Origin: a virus
Reading direction: 5' to 3' (one strand)
IMG/VR virus record: IMGVR_UViG_3300045256_000282
Location: 64,001-128,000 of that record
DNA: 64,000 nucleotides
How positions within the stretch are numbered: position 1 is the first letter of the stretch; each line of letters opens with the position of its first letter. Positions 46,542 through 57,146 of this stretch are shown piece after piece. The notes under the pieces were generated by a model, which made no database searches, was not told the origin of the DNA, and saw nothing but the letters and a program-made list of their open reading frames with translations. The position numbers were made by a program, and so were the translations under genes.

Positions 46542-49500
46542 ATGCCGAATATCTTTGACTTACGTCAGACACAGCAACGCTCAAGCCTCCCCTTCATCAC
46601 TGGAGCTGCAAACAGCCTCGGTAATGCGATCGTTTCGGCAATTGACGCTGAGTTGGCGAAACTTTTTGAAGATCGTAACGTTCTTTTGACCCAAGGTGGT
46701 TTGATCACCTACACGGGTACCCAGATCCAGTTTGGTGAAGCGCTTAAGCTTGAGATCAATTCTAAGGTGGCTGGCGGCTCTCCCGTAATCATCGACCTTG
46801 GATCGACCACTCGTACGGTCTCTGCTTCTGGCCGAATGGTTTATGCTGTTATTAATCGTACCGCTGGAACCGCTACGGTTACGGACGATGCAACAACCCT
46901 CCCTGCAGTAACTAACGCTAACCAAGAGGTGTTCTTGATCGCTAAGCGACAAGATGCTGCCGATGGTACTAAGCGCGTTTATTTCCGAACCGGAGCTGCT
47001 TTCAACGAAGGCCAAACCGCTCGATTGGGCTCGGCTGGTAGCGGCTCGGGAACTGGTGGTGCTGGTGACGACATTAACACTCTCCGCTTCAAAGCTTCTT
47101 TCTCAGACGATTTCTCTGACAGCCCAACCTCTTCGACCAGCGCAGTCAACAACACCCTTACTACGGGTGTTTATAGCGCTGCAGGTGCCGCTTACCGCTT
47201 AAGCTACGATGCTTCTAAGACCGTAACTGGTACCGGAACTAGCATGACCTTGTCTGCCACTCCAACCTACACGGTAGCCCCAGGGGATATCCTTGTGGTT
47301 GGTACGGAAGCTCGCCGAATTACTGTGGTAGCAACACAAACTTCTTACACGATTGAAGCCGCTTTTAGCGCTAACCCTTCGGCTGCTGCGGCTTGCGTTT
47401 CTCAGGCTGTTCACACTAACGACATCAGAGCGCATACCGAGAACAGTACTGGCCTTGCGATGAACGCACTCATCTCAGACGCAGTAAGCACCTTCATGCT
47501 ACGCTACAGAGATAGCGCCGCTAACAACGACTTTGTTTGGGATTATCCAGGCGCAGCCCTTATCGCCGCAAGCTCTTCCGCTGATAACGCTAACTGGAGC
47601 GCTCCCTACACTCGCACCACTACTCTTGGAACTACTGAGCCAATTCGTTCAGTACCAGTTTCTGGTTCACAGTTCCGTACGCGATTCTTCGCAAACGCTA
47701 CGAGCGGAAGTGGCGCTGTAAACATCCTCGATTATAAGGCCTATCTTCACGAAGATTCTGGCACGACTTCAGGCACCACGATGGATCAGGCTTACGGCCT
47801 CACCTCTGGAGCCGGAACTCCGATCAACTGCTCGATCAGCTCCTCGACTGGAAAAACTCGTATCACGACCACATGGGCGTACGCTACAGGCGTAAACCCA
47901 GGAACTCAGCAAGGTCAACTTGACGTTTACCTAGACGGAAAACTCCTCCCAAGATTTATCAACGCAACCCAAACCCCAGATGCTTACTATACGGAGATCT
48001 CAGCTCAAGTTATCGAGCTTGATCAGGACTATAGTGGCGCAGGTATTGAAATTGATATCAAGAAACGCGTAAGCGCGGTAGATACGACCTCACAGAACAG
48101 CACGAACCTTGGCTACCTGCAAGACATGTCTAAGGTTGGTTTTCAAGGCTTCGTTGATGAAAGCTCTTTGCTTTCTCCGATCACTGGTGCTCCTTCCTCA
48201 TCTCAGTTCAGAACATTTGGTATCGTAAACAGAGCCTCTATCCCCAATCTTTCAAATGACCTCCGTGCCCGTATGGGTATCGATCGTATTCAAGTTCAGC
48301 AAGCGGTTGAGCTTCAAAACGAAGTTGGCCCCAACGGCGAGAAAATCTTTGGAGCTTTGAACGACGATAGAAACTTGATTCGTTTTGTCGGAAATTGGAA
48401 AAACTTAACAAATACTTTTGGTAGCGTCGTAAACCCTTCTGCTGTAGGTGATTACATCGAAGTAGTTTTCTATGGCACAGGCTTGAACATGCTTGTGGGT
48501 TTTGTAAATGAAACACAAGATATCAGAGTCATAGTAGATGGCGGATCTGAAGGATCAAACATCTGGCCAAATGGGTCTACTCTTTTAAACGGTAGAAATT
48601 ATAGCCAGAATGCTGTTCTTTCGATTGCTTCAGGATTGTCTCAAGGATTGCATACCGTGAGGATCAGGCAGGCAAACTTAGGAAGTTCCGGCGTTTACCT
48701 GACTGGTTTTGAGATTCTAAACGAATCTTCAACCATCAACGTCCGCCCTGGTACGTCTTATCAAAACGGCAAAAAGCTTGTTCTCTCTTCTGCTCAAAGT
48801 CTTGCATACAACTCAAGTTTTGAATCAATCCTTAGAGACGGCTCTTTGGTTGGATCACTTTCGACCAGGGGTGCTCACGTTGTTGTTTATCAGAAATCGG
48901 ACGGTACGGTAGCTAAAGCAGCTATCGAAACCAACAGTTCTGCTGCGTATATAACCTCTGCTGATCATACAAACGAAGAAGTTGCTAGAACCTATTATCC
49001 TAGAGAATTTGGCGCAGGAAGATCTGATGACTTTAGCACCCTTTTAAGCTCAGGGAGCACCAGAGCGTTTACTCTGGACGATGGTACTACAGCTCTTGCT
49101 TGCCAAAACTACGCCTTAAACAACGTTGGCGGTTTGGGAGACGGATTGATTGTGGGCTCTGGTGCGGGTGACTTTGTTACCTTCACGTTTGTTGGAACTG
49201 GTTTAGACATCACTAACGTGAGAAACGCTACCTCAAACTCTTCTTATACGATTACAGTTGATGGAACAAACGTACTGACAGCCTCCGTTTTTGGTGGTTC
49301 TGGTTTTAATAACGTCCTAAAGATAGCTTCGGGACTTCCTTACGGCACACACACTGTCAAGATCAACATGACCACCAACGGCGGTGTTGCTCTTGCTATT
49401 GGTAAGTTCATTGTTTATCAACCCAAGAAACCTTCCATTCCTGCAGGTGCAGTTGAACTAGCAGATTACAACGTCATGGCTGATTTTATAGCTAACACTA

Positions 49501-50456
49501 CGGTCGGCGTTGACACGATCTCTACGGGAATATTAAGAAAAAACTGTACGAGAGAGGGTGTTTATTTTGGAACTGGATGGACCCTCGGACTTGGACCAAT
49601 CAACAACTCCGGCGGTTTTTCTTCTGGCGGAACTACTGTAACATCTGGCGCATACATCGAGTACACCTTCTTCGGAACTGGTTTTGATTTCAGAGGTTTC
49701 GGTGGCGTTGGATATACTACAAATACTCAAGTTACGCTTAACGGTTTGAATGCGACAACCACCAACTTCCCAAGCTTGGTCTCTAGCGCGATCTCTCCGT
49801 TTACTTTCACAGCATCTACGGGTGTTTTAACACAAAACGGAGCCAACACGGCTGGAGCTGGTTTCAGGATCTCTGGGCTGCCTTTGGCAAAATACACTGT
49901 TAGATTTACGAACAACGCTAACGCAACGTACCTGGATATGTCAAACATTGACGTTATTACTCCTATCCACTCGGTTAAGTCTAACTTCCAAGCTGACCTT
50001 CAGAACACTCTTCCTGTCGGAAGCTGTGCTTTGAGCGATAACCGTAGGTTGAGCGCTGTGAAGAGCGAAGATCCTGCAAAAGCGACCATACAGGCAATCG
50101 GTATCAGCTCTGTCTCAACAACTTCAACGGTCCCGGTACCTATTCCAGACGCAACCTGCGTAGTCAGGACTACAAAACCACTCTCGTACATAGAAGTGTG
50201 GTTTACTGGATCTGCTACGAACACTTCGAACGGGAACTTTGTTCAAGGCGTAATATACGTGGACAATTTACCAGTAGCTGTTCCAAGTACAGCCTATCCA
50301 TTGAGCGGAAACGGGGATGCGATAGTTTGTCACGCTATTGTACCTGTTGGTGCGGGAACACACACCATAACGACCTATTGGAAAGTTAGTGCGGGAACCG
50401 GAAGTTTTCAATCAAATTCTGGTGAAAACCGCATCTTAACGGTACGAGAGCTATAA
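46542..50456 (+). CDS. Tail fibre/receptor-binding protein paralog 1
   Basis: Three F-x-GTG...VDG...SGL..G.HTV jelly-roll repeats plus a C-terminal beta-sandwich. Confidence 0.7.
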   Translation: MPNIFDLRQTQQRSSLPFITGAANSLGNAIVSAIDAELAKLFEDRNVLLTQGGLITYTGTQIQFGEALKLEINSKVAGGSPVIIDLGSTTRTVSASGRMVYAVINRTAGTATVTDDATTLPAVTNANQEVFLIAKRQDAADGTKRVYFRTGAAFNEGQTARLGSAGSGSGTGGAGDDINTLRFKASFSDDFSDSPTSSTSAVNNTLTTGVYSAAGAAYRLSYDASKTVTGTGTSMTLSATPTYTVAPGDILVVGTEARRITVVATQTSYTIEAAFSANPSAAAACVSQAVHTNDIRAHTENSTGLAMNALISDAVSTFMLRYRDSAANNDFVWDYPGAALIAASSSADNANWSAPYTRTTTLGTTEPIRSVPVSGSQFRTRFFANATSGSGAVNILDYKAYLHEDSGTTSGTTMDQAYGLTSGAGTPINCSISSSTGKTRITTTWAYATGVNPGTQQGQLDVYLDGKLLPRFINATQTPDAYYTEISAQVIELDQDYSGAGIEIDIKKRVSAVDTTSQNSTNLGYLQDMSKVGFQGFVDESSLLSPITGAPSSSQFRTFGIVNRASIPNLSNDLRARMGIDRIQVQQAVELQNEVGPNGEKIFGALNDDRNLIRFVGNWKNLTNTFGSVVNPSAVGDYIEVVFYGTGLNMLVGFVNETQDIRVIVDGGSEGSNIWPNGSTLLNGRNYSQNAVLSIASGLSQGLHTVRIRQANLGSSGVYLTGFEILNESSTINVRPGTSYQNGKKLVLSSAQSLAYNSSFESILRDGSLVGSLSTRGAHVVVYQKSDGTVAKAAIETNSSAAYITSADHTNEEVARTYYPREFGAGRSDDFSTLLSSGSTRAFTLDDGTTALACQNYALNNVGGLGDGLIVGSGAGDFVTFTFVGTGLDITNVRNATSNSSYTITVDGTNVLTASVFGGSGFNNVLKIASGLPYGTHTVKINMTTNGGVALAIGKFIVYQPKKPSIPAGAVELADYNVMADFIANTTVGVDTISTGILRKNCTREGVYFGTGWTLGLGPINNSGGFSSGGTTVTSGAYIEYTFFGTGFDFRGFGGVGYTTNTQVTLNGLNATTTNFPSLVSSAISPFTFTASTGVLTQNGANTAGAGFRISGLPLAKYTVRFTNNANATYLDMSNIDVITPIHSVKSNFQADLQNTLPVGSCALSDNRRLSAVKSEDPAKATIQAIGISSVSTTSTVPVPIPDATCVVRTTKPLSYIEVWFTGSATNTSNGNFVQGVIYVDNLPVAVPSTAYPLSGNGDAIVCHAIVPVGAGTHTITTYWKVSAGTGSFQSNSGENRILTVREL

Positions 50457-50524
50457 TTGATGATAAGTTCTGTTGTAAGATGTTTATAAGTTCCCATAAA
50501 AGGGATTAACAAGGAGAAACGAAG

Positions 50525-50860
50525 ATGGTAAAGTACACAAAAGAATTAGAATGGAAACAGCATATGGTCGATCTCGAAGCTTTTGAAGCTTGGGCTAAGG
50601 CTAACTGCGGCGCAGACTACTGCGGCAACTCTGCCGACGCCAAGCTGCGTTTGCACTTTCTTGAGCAACCTAGTCAAGCAATTGAGGACGCTATCGACTC
50701 TAAGTGGGAAGACTTAGACGACGAAGAACATCCTATGTGCGTATCTTATAAGTCTGAAGAAGAACGTAAGGTAGAGGCTCAAGCTAAAAAAGCCAGTGCT
50801 ATTAGCAAGTTGGCCGCTTTAGGTCTATCGCAAGACGAACTTAAGGCTATTTTAGGGTAA
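50525..50860 (+). CDS. Possible tail fibre assembly chaperone
   Basis: Acidic 111-aa protein between fibre genes; C-terminal KLAALGLSQDE. Confidence 0.45.
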   Translation: MVKYTKELEWKQHMVDLEAFEAWAKANCGADYCGNSADAKLRLHFLEQPSQAIEDAIDSKWEDLDDEEHPMCVSYKSEEERKVEAQAKKASAISKLAALGLSQDELKAILG

Positions 50861-50894
50861 GCACAATCTTTAGATGATAGGATAGAGATACACG

Positions 50895-53165
50895 ATGCCA
50901 AAACTATTACCATTTTCTCAGCTTGGACACCCAGACATCTCGTTTGTTAACTCAAGCTTGATCTCTGTCCCTAACACTCAGGTCGTTAACAGGGCTTCTG
51001 TCCGCAACCTTGCTGCGGACATGGGCGCTCGCATGGGCATCGAACGAGTCATTATCCAGCAATTGTTTGAGATACAAACAGAATCTGGTCCTAATGGCGA
51101 GAGGGTTCAAAAACCTTTAAACGATGATAAGGATCTTGTTCGTTTCGTAGGCAACTGGGCTAACTCGGTCGGATCTTCTGGGGTGTTTCCTTTCACATCT
51201 GTGAGCGGAGATTTTGCAGAGTTCACCTTCTTTGGTACTGGTTTGAACTTGCTTGTTCTTCTGGATGGAACTTCCAGGAGCTTTTCCTACACCGTTGATG
51301 GTGGATCTTTAACGGCATATTCCTATCCAGCTTCAGGAAGCAATACCCTTACTACCAGAAACTATTCGCCAAACCAGGTGGCTCCGATCGTATCCGGTCT
51401 ATCCGCTGGGATTCACACCGTTCGAATCCAGTCTACAAGTTCAAATACTTTCGTCATCTACGGTTTTGAAGTTTTAAACGAAACATCTACGGTTAGAGTA
51501 AACTCAGGTACTATCGTTAAGGATCAGCGCCAGTTTTCTCTTGAGGCCGTACAAGCTTTGTCTGCTAAACCCTCAACATTGACAGGATCTCGCGGCGGAC
51601 GCGTTATCGTTTACAATCAGGGCGGAGTTATCGGTACGGCTGTCCAAGCGGTCAATGCTTCTCAGCAAAACGTAAACTCAGCAGATCACTCTAACGAAGA
51701 GATTGTTCGTGTTTATCAACCAAGAGAGTTTGGTGCAAACAGATCGGATGATTTCTCAACGATCACAACCTCTGGTTCTGATAGGGCTTTTGTGTTAGAT
51801 GACGGAACTACCGCCCTTGCCGGATCAAGCGTTTTATTAAGTACAGTCTCAGGACTTCCAGAGGGGATAGCGCTGTCAGCGGTGAGCAATAGCATTCAGT
51901 TCACCTTCGTCGGAACTGGTTTGGACGTAGAGTATAGGGGTCTTAACGGAGCTGCTGCTACTAACCATGTTTGGTCTATCGATGGCACAGATATTGGTTT
52001 TCCTCAAACAGATGTTTTGTCCAATACGAAAGTTATTCGAAGAAAAGTTGTATCAGGACTTCCTTACGGAACTCACGTTTTTAGATACACAGTAACTGGC
52101 GCTACCCCAGAAGGTCAAGTGTTCAGCAAGTTCATCGTTTATCAACCTAAGAAACCTGCGGTTCCTTCTGGAGCTATCGAGCTAGCCGATTATAACGTCA
52201 TGGCAGATTTTTCTCCAGTAACCACAACCGGCGTATACACGGTGGGTACTGGTGTTCTTAAGAAATATATTCAAAACAGAGAGGGCACCCTTGTTGGGAC
52301 CTGGAACGTAAGTAGCCCCATCGCTCCCGGAAACTACACCTCTGGCCAATGGGCTCAAGGAACAACTAATGGTGGCTACATCGAGTACACCTTCTTCGGA
52401 ACTGGTTTTGAGTGGCGTTTCTATACAGACCCCTCTTACACAAGCTCTGCAACACTTTCTATTGACGGGTTAACTGCAACAAGTACAAACTTTCCTGCAG
52501 CAACGTTCTCTGTGACCTCACCAGCTACCTACAACACAAGTACTGGGGTTTTAGCTGAAAACGTTACCAACGGATCAGGAAGAGCGCTTAGGGTTTCTGG
52601 CTTGACGTTAGCTAAACACACGGTACGTCTTACCAATAATACCACCTCGTCTTTAGATATCGCGTCTTTTGACGTTATAACGCCTATCCACGCCCCAAGA
52701 TCAAACTTTCAGGCGGACTTACAAAACACGCTTCCTGTTGGAAGCTGTTCTTTGTCAGACTCAAGACAGTATTTGCCAGCAAACTTAAGCCCTCAAAAAG
52801 CTTGGGCACAGGCGGTTGGTGTTACTAGTAACCCTACGACCACCTCTACTACCCTTGTTGCTATGCCTGATATGTCCTTGACTATTAAAACTCAAGGAGG
52901 AAAATGCTTAATACATTATAGCTTGTCTTCCTCGTTAAGCGCTGGAAGTAATACTTATGGAGTGCAGCTTTTTGTGGACGGAGTTCCTGTGGGTACTCAA
53001 AAACAAATTATGCCATTTACAGCAGGGGCCGTTGTTAGTGTAAGCGACCAGTTTCTGGTAAATTTGAGTCCTGGTACTCATAAGGTCGACTTGTATTGGT
53101 ACGCTTCTGCAGGTACTTTTACTGCTATTACAACACTTCGTAATTTGTCTGTAGAGGAATTATAA
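50895..53165 (+). CDS. Tail fibre/receptor-binding protein paralog 2
   Basis: Same ~720-aa cassette as paralog 1 with almost no N-terminal extension. Confidence 0.7.
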   Translation: MPKLLPFSQLGHPDISFVNSSLISVPNTQVVNRASVRNLAADMGARMGIERVIIQQLFEIQTESGPNGERVQKPLNDDKDLVRFVGNWANSVGSSGVFPFTSVSGDFAEFTFFGTGLNLLVLLDGTSRSFSYTVDGGSLTAYSYPASGSNTLTTRNYSPNQVAPIVSGLSAGIHTVRIQSTSSNTFVIYGFEVLNETSTVRVNSGTIVKDQRQFSLEAVQALSAKPSTLTGSRGGRVIVYNQGGVIGTAVQAVNASQQNVNSADHSNEEIVRVYQPREFGANRSDDFSTITTSGSDRAFVLDDGTTALAGSSVLLSTVSGLPEGIALSAVSNSIQFTFVGTGLDVEYRGLNGAAATNHVWSIDGTDIGFPQTDVLSNTKVIRRKVVSGLPYGTHVFRYTVTGATPEGQVFSKFIVYQPKKPAVPSGAIELADYNVMADFSPVTTTGVYTVGTGVLKKYIQNREGTLVGTWNVSSPIAPGNYTSGQWAQGTTNGGYIEYTFFGTGFEWRFYTDPSYTSSATLSIDGLTATSTNFPAATFSVTSPATYNTSTGVLAENVTNGSGRALRVSGLTLAKHTVRLTNNTTSSLDIASFDVITPIHAPRSNFQADLQNTLPVGSCSLSDSRQYLPANLSPQKAWAQAVGVTSNPTTTSTTLVAMPDMSLTIKTQGGKCLIHYSLSSSLSAGSNTYGVQLFVDGVPVGTQKQIMPFTAGAVVSVSDQFLVNLSPGTHKVDLYWYASAGTFTAITTLRNLSVEEL

Positions 53166-53166
53166 C

Positions 53167-55845
53167 ATGGGCGCAACTATCGATATTAATAAGAAGTCTA
53201 ACGTAAAGCAAAACACCGCAGGAGATCTGATCAACAGTCAGCTCAATCAGCCGGTCATTGCTAGGTACGAAGCCACATCTTCTTTAGGACAAACGACCAT
53301 CAACCTCCCGTTCTTGGTTGATCAGTCTAACACTGACGCTTTTGACCTTTTCGTAGACGGACGCCTTCTTCGTATCGGCGCTTCAAACGACTTTACCTTT
53401 TCTGCTATCGACGGAACCAACTCCTCTTCTACCATCTCTTTAGGTGCCCCTCTTTCGGCCAACCTCAACATCATCGCTATTAAAAGAGGCTTGAAGAAAG
53501 AGCTTGAGTTTCAAACGGACTCTCGCTTTCAGCAAGGGTATGATCTATACGCCTCCACTTTCCAAGGATTCGTAGATGAGTCTGCTAGGCTCACTGCTAT
53601 CAGCGGAGCGCCTTCTTCATCTCAGTTCAGAACATTTGGTATCGTGAACAGGGCCTCTATTCCCGATATCGCCAACGATCTTCGTGCTCGAATGGGTATC
53701 GATCGTATTCCTGTTCAACAGATTATTCAGCTTCAGACCGAGTTTGGACCTAACGGAGAACAAGTGTTTGGAGCCTTAAACGATGATAGGAACTTGATTC
53801 GTTTTGTAGGGAACTTCTCAAGCTCGGTTACTGGAAACGGTACCTTTATCCTCGGCGGAGCAAATACCACCGATTACGTAGAAGTTGTTTTCTATGGAAC
53901 TGGGCTAAATATCCTTCAAAACCTAGGTGGTTCCGGTTACGATCTTAGAGTCACAGTTGACGGCGGATCTGAGGGCGGAAACGTTACCGCTGGCACATAT
54001 TCTACCGTTCTTCAGGCTAGGAATTATAACACAAACCAACCCATCAACGTAGCCTCAAACCTTTCACTTGGTATTCATACTGTCCGAATCAGACAAGCTG
54101 CCTCAAGCTCTCTTTTCGTTTATGGTTTTGAGGTTTTAAACGAATCTGCTTCCGTTAATCTTCGTCCTGGAACAGCTTATCAGAACGGCAAGAAGCTTGT
54201 TCTAAGTAGTGCTTCTAACATTGCTCCAGCAAGCGGACCCTTTGATTCCGTACTTCAATCTGGCTCCACGACATCTTTCTCTTCAACGAGAGGGGCTCGA
54301 GTTGTAGAATACATTAAATCTGACGGTACCAGAGGTAAGTCCGCATATCTTACTAATAGTACTCAGGGAAACCTTGCTTCTGCTGATCATACTTATGAAG
54401 AAGTGGTTCGTCGCTATAGTTTTCGAGAGTTTGGAGCTGGTCGTTCAGATGATTTCAGCAGTCTACCTGCTTCTGGCAACAATACTGCCGCCTTCACATT
54501 AGAAGACGGAACCACAACTTTAGTGGGCAGCGTAATAAATTCCTCAAATGATGCTATTAACTTTAACGGCGTTAACGCTTTTTTTACCCTAACTTTCGTG
54601 GGCACTGGCCTAGACATCATTTCCTTTATATCTGGGGGAAGTGAGAGTTTCACAACCTCTATCGACGGCAGTGCATCAGTTGGAACTACCACGGTCACCA
54701 ATACCACGCCAATTACTAGAAAAATAGTATCCGGCTTGCCGTATGGTACGCACACCGTTAAAATAGCCGTTGTTGGTACGCCAGGAACCAACCTTAGGTT
54801 TACCAATTTCATTGTTTATCAACCTAAGAAACCATCGATCCCTGCAGGTGCAGTTGAACTAGCTGATTACAACGTCATGGCTGATTTTAGTGCCAATGCG
54901 GTTGCGACGTACTTAAACGTTTCTACGGGAGTGCTTAGAAAGCAGGCAATCAGAGAAGCTGCTTACATAGGGACTTTTTTACTTGGAGGGGTAGACCCAG
55001 CCGATTCTGCTGGTAATTATACCTACTCGTCAACTAACGGCGATAGCGTAAGGTACACATTTTTTGGTACCGGGTTTGATTATAGGTTTTATGCGGCTAC
55101 TGCCAATTATAACTTTACTATTGCGGTAGACGGATCTACAAACTTGTCTGGATTTACCACGGGCTCTACGTTAGCGTCAGGAATGTCTTTTACGGCATCT
55201 ACTGGAACGGTTTCTGGAACCCCAGCATCACCTACTTACGGAAACAGTGTCAGGGTTCAAGGATTGACCTTGGGCTTACACACAGTGGTTGTTACTCGTG
55301 GAACTCAAGCTGCGACGTTCTTTCAGCAGGGCGCTATAGACATTATAACTCCAATTCACTCGCCTAAGTCTAGCTTTCAAGCAGATCTTCAGAACACTCT
55401 TCCTGTAGGGTCTCAAGGTCTTAGTGACTCGCGTCGCTTAAGTGCAGTTAAGTCTGAAGACCCTAAGAAGTTTAGGGCGGTCGCTGTTGGCATTTCCAAC
55501 AGCACTAACACCTCAGGAACTTTTGTTCCTATGGCCGATATGTCCTTGACCGTAACGTCTCCTGGTGCATGGTTTTCCGTTGACTTCGATACCGGATTAT
55601 CAGGAAGTGGCGGCGGTACGGCTGGACAGATTGGTCTTTATGTTAACGGTCAACTTTACGGTGCTGCAAACCAACACCAGGTTGCTGTTGCAGGGTATCA
55701 AAGCGTTCTTTCTTTTAGTAGGAAGGTGTACCTAGCTAGAGGTACGCACAAATTAGACATATATTGGCAAGGAAGCGGCGGCACTTTAACCGTTTACGGT
55801 AACTCTGGCAATCTAGGAAGACAACTTAGCGTTGTGGAATTGTAA
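53167..55845 (+). CDS. Tail fibre/receptor-binding protein paralog 3
   Basis: Same cassette; local near-identity at DNA level to paralog 1. Confidence 0.7.
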   Translation: MGATIDINKKSNVKQNTAGDLINSQLNQPVIARYEATSSLGQTTINLPFLVDQSNTDAFDLFVDGRLLRIGASNDFTFSAIDGTNSSSTISLGAPLSANLNIIAIKRGLKKELEFQTDSRFQQGYDLYASTFQGFVDESARLTAISGAPSSSQFRTFGIVNRASIPDIANDLRARMGIDRIPVQQIIQLQTEFGPNGEQVFGALNDDRNLIRFVGNFSSSVTGNGTFILGGANTTDYVEVVFYGTGLNILQNLGGSGYDLRVTVDGGSEGGNVTAGTYSTVLQARNYNTNQPINVASNLSLGIHTVRIRQAASSSLFVYGFEVLNESASVNLRPGTAYQNGKKLVLSSASNIAPASGPFDSVLQSGSTTSFSSTRGARVVEYIKSDGTRGKSAYLTNSTQGNLASADHTYEEVVRRYSFREFGAGRSDDFSSLPASGNNTAAFTLEDGTTTLVGSVINSSNDAINFNGVNAFFTLTFVGTGLDIISFISGGSESFTTSIDGSASVGTTTVTNTTPITRKIVSGLPYGTHTVKIAVVGTPGTNLRFTNFIVYQPKKPSIPAGAVELADYNVMADFSANAVATYLNVSTGVLRKQAIREAAYIGTFLLGGVDPADSAGNYTYSSTNGDSVRYTFFGTGFDYRFYAATANYNFTIAVDGSTNLSGFTTGSTLASGMSFTASTGTVSGTPASPTYGNSVRVQGLTLGLHTVVVTRGTQAATFFQQGAIDIITPIHSPKSSFQADLQNTLPVGSQGLSDSRRLSAVKSEDPKKFRAVAVGISNSTNTSGTFVPMADMSLTVTSPGAWFSVDFDTGLSGSGGGTAGQIGLYVNGQLYGAANQHQVAVAGYQSVLSFSRKVYLARGTHKLDIYWQGSGGTLTVYGNSGNLGRQLSVVEL

Positions 55846-55857
55846 TAAGGAAGTATT

Positions 55858-56847
55858 ATGCCAAGAACTCGTATAGATTCAAGCAAAAGAAACATGATCT
55901 ACAACCCTGAGGGCTTGCTCTTCCAAAGAACGGCTCCAGAAACTCCTACGAACATCGCTAACGACAACTTTGGTCCAGACCGCTGGAACGTCCTATGCTC
56001 AGCAAACAACGTAGCAATTTCTCGCTCCACCGATGCTCCTGCGGGTTCTAGACATTCCATGCAGCTAGCTAAGGCCACGGCAAGCGGATTTTTTGGCATT
56101 CATCAGATGTTTGAAGCCTCTGAAAGCATACCGCTTCAAAATCAATACGTAACCTTTTCTGTTTGGGTTAAAACGCAAAGCTCTCAGGTTTCTCAGGCCC
56201 GCATCTCTGTTTTAGGATGGACTGGTACCGCAGATTCGATCACCTCGTCGATAGTTTCTAGCTGGGCTTCAACTCCAACCTACATCGCAAACGTTACAGA
56301 ATACGCTGCTCAAACCGTAAGCTTGACCTCTTCTTGGCAGCAAGTTCAAGTAACCGCGTTAGTAAACGGAGCATGCAACAACCTCATGGTTCTTGTTCAC
56401 ACGACAAATTCCCAGCTTTCTGGCGACACCATGTTTGTTAGTCAGGCTCAACTGATAAACTCATCCGATTCCCAACCATACGTAAGGGTTGAAGACGAGG
56501 TTGAAGTATCTCGTTGTCAGCGCTACTACGAAAAAACCTATGACCTTGACACCGCTCCAGGTACAGCTACAACTACGGGGTCTTTTCATTCGTCCATCAG
56601 CATCACCGCATCTGGACAACCTGTTGTTCTATGGTTCAAGTACTCGGTACAAAAAAGAGCTACGGCCTCAGGGACCCTTTACAATTCAACAACAGGTGCA
56701 TCTGGAACATGGAACGACAACGGCGGAGCTACGATCGGTTTCGTCTTAGGTTTTGGAAGCCAATCCGGTGTCCGCATCTCAACTCCTAACGCTGTTACGA
56801 ACGGTCGCGTCTTTTCTGGACACGTAGTAGCTGACGCGGAGTTGTAA
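55858..56847 (+). CDS. Tail fibre-associated protein with carbohydrate-binding-like domain
   Basis: GPDRW...VTFSVWVK...EVSRCQRYYEK...ADAEL pattern common in phage fibre proteins. Confidence 0.65.
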   Translation: MPRTRIDSSKRNMIYNPEGLLFQRTAPETPTNIANDNFGPDRWNVLCSANNVAISRSTDAPAGSRHSMQLAKATASGFFGIHQMFEASESIPLQNQYVTFSVWVKTQSSQVSQARISVLGWTGTADSITSSIVSSWASTPTYIANVTEYAAQTVSLTSSWQQVQVTALVNGACNNLMVLVHTTNSQLSGDTMFVSQAQLINSSDSQPYVRVEDEVEVSRCQRYYEKTYDLDTAPGTATTTGSFHSSISITASGQPVVLWFKYSVQKRATASGTLYNSTTGASGTWNDNGGATIGFVLGFGSQSGVRISTPNAVTNGRVFSGHVVADAEL

Positions 56848-56848
56848 G

Positions 56849-57040
56849 ATGAAGATCTACGTTATAGACAAAGATACAGGACAAAAAGTTCACGAGTACG
56901 AAGCAGATGCCCCCGAACAGCACAAGTTTGGCGGACGTTGGGGTGACTCAGCTCATTGCGATCACGTACCTGCCTCTTCTGACGCGCCAAAGAAACCGGC
57001 TAAGAAGAAAGCTAAGAAGTCCGACTCTTCGTCCTCATGA
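56849..57040 (+). CDS. Small hypothetical protein
   Basis: ORF track. Confidence 0.5.
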   Translation: MKIYVIDKDTGQKVHEYEADAPEQHKFGGRWGDSAHCDHVPASSDAPKKPAKKKAKKSDSSSS

Positions 57041-57146
57041 AAAACGACCTTAAGATGTTAGCAGGGACTCTGCTTATTCTTACTTTTATGTATACTGTAG
57101 GGTACGGCATCATGGAGCTAGTCAGAGCCGTATCAGATCTTGCAAG

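Noticed and set aside
46542-56847. Diversity-generating retroelement acting on the fibre genes
   Set aside because: No reverse transcriptase in the window; the repeats lie inside paralogous CDSs and their differences are not adenine-specific
20899-56847. Extracellular contractile injection system or tailocin rather than phage
   Set aside because: Flanked by phage replication, nucleotide-metabolism and tRNA genes with phage-like gene density
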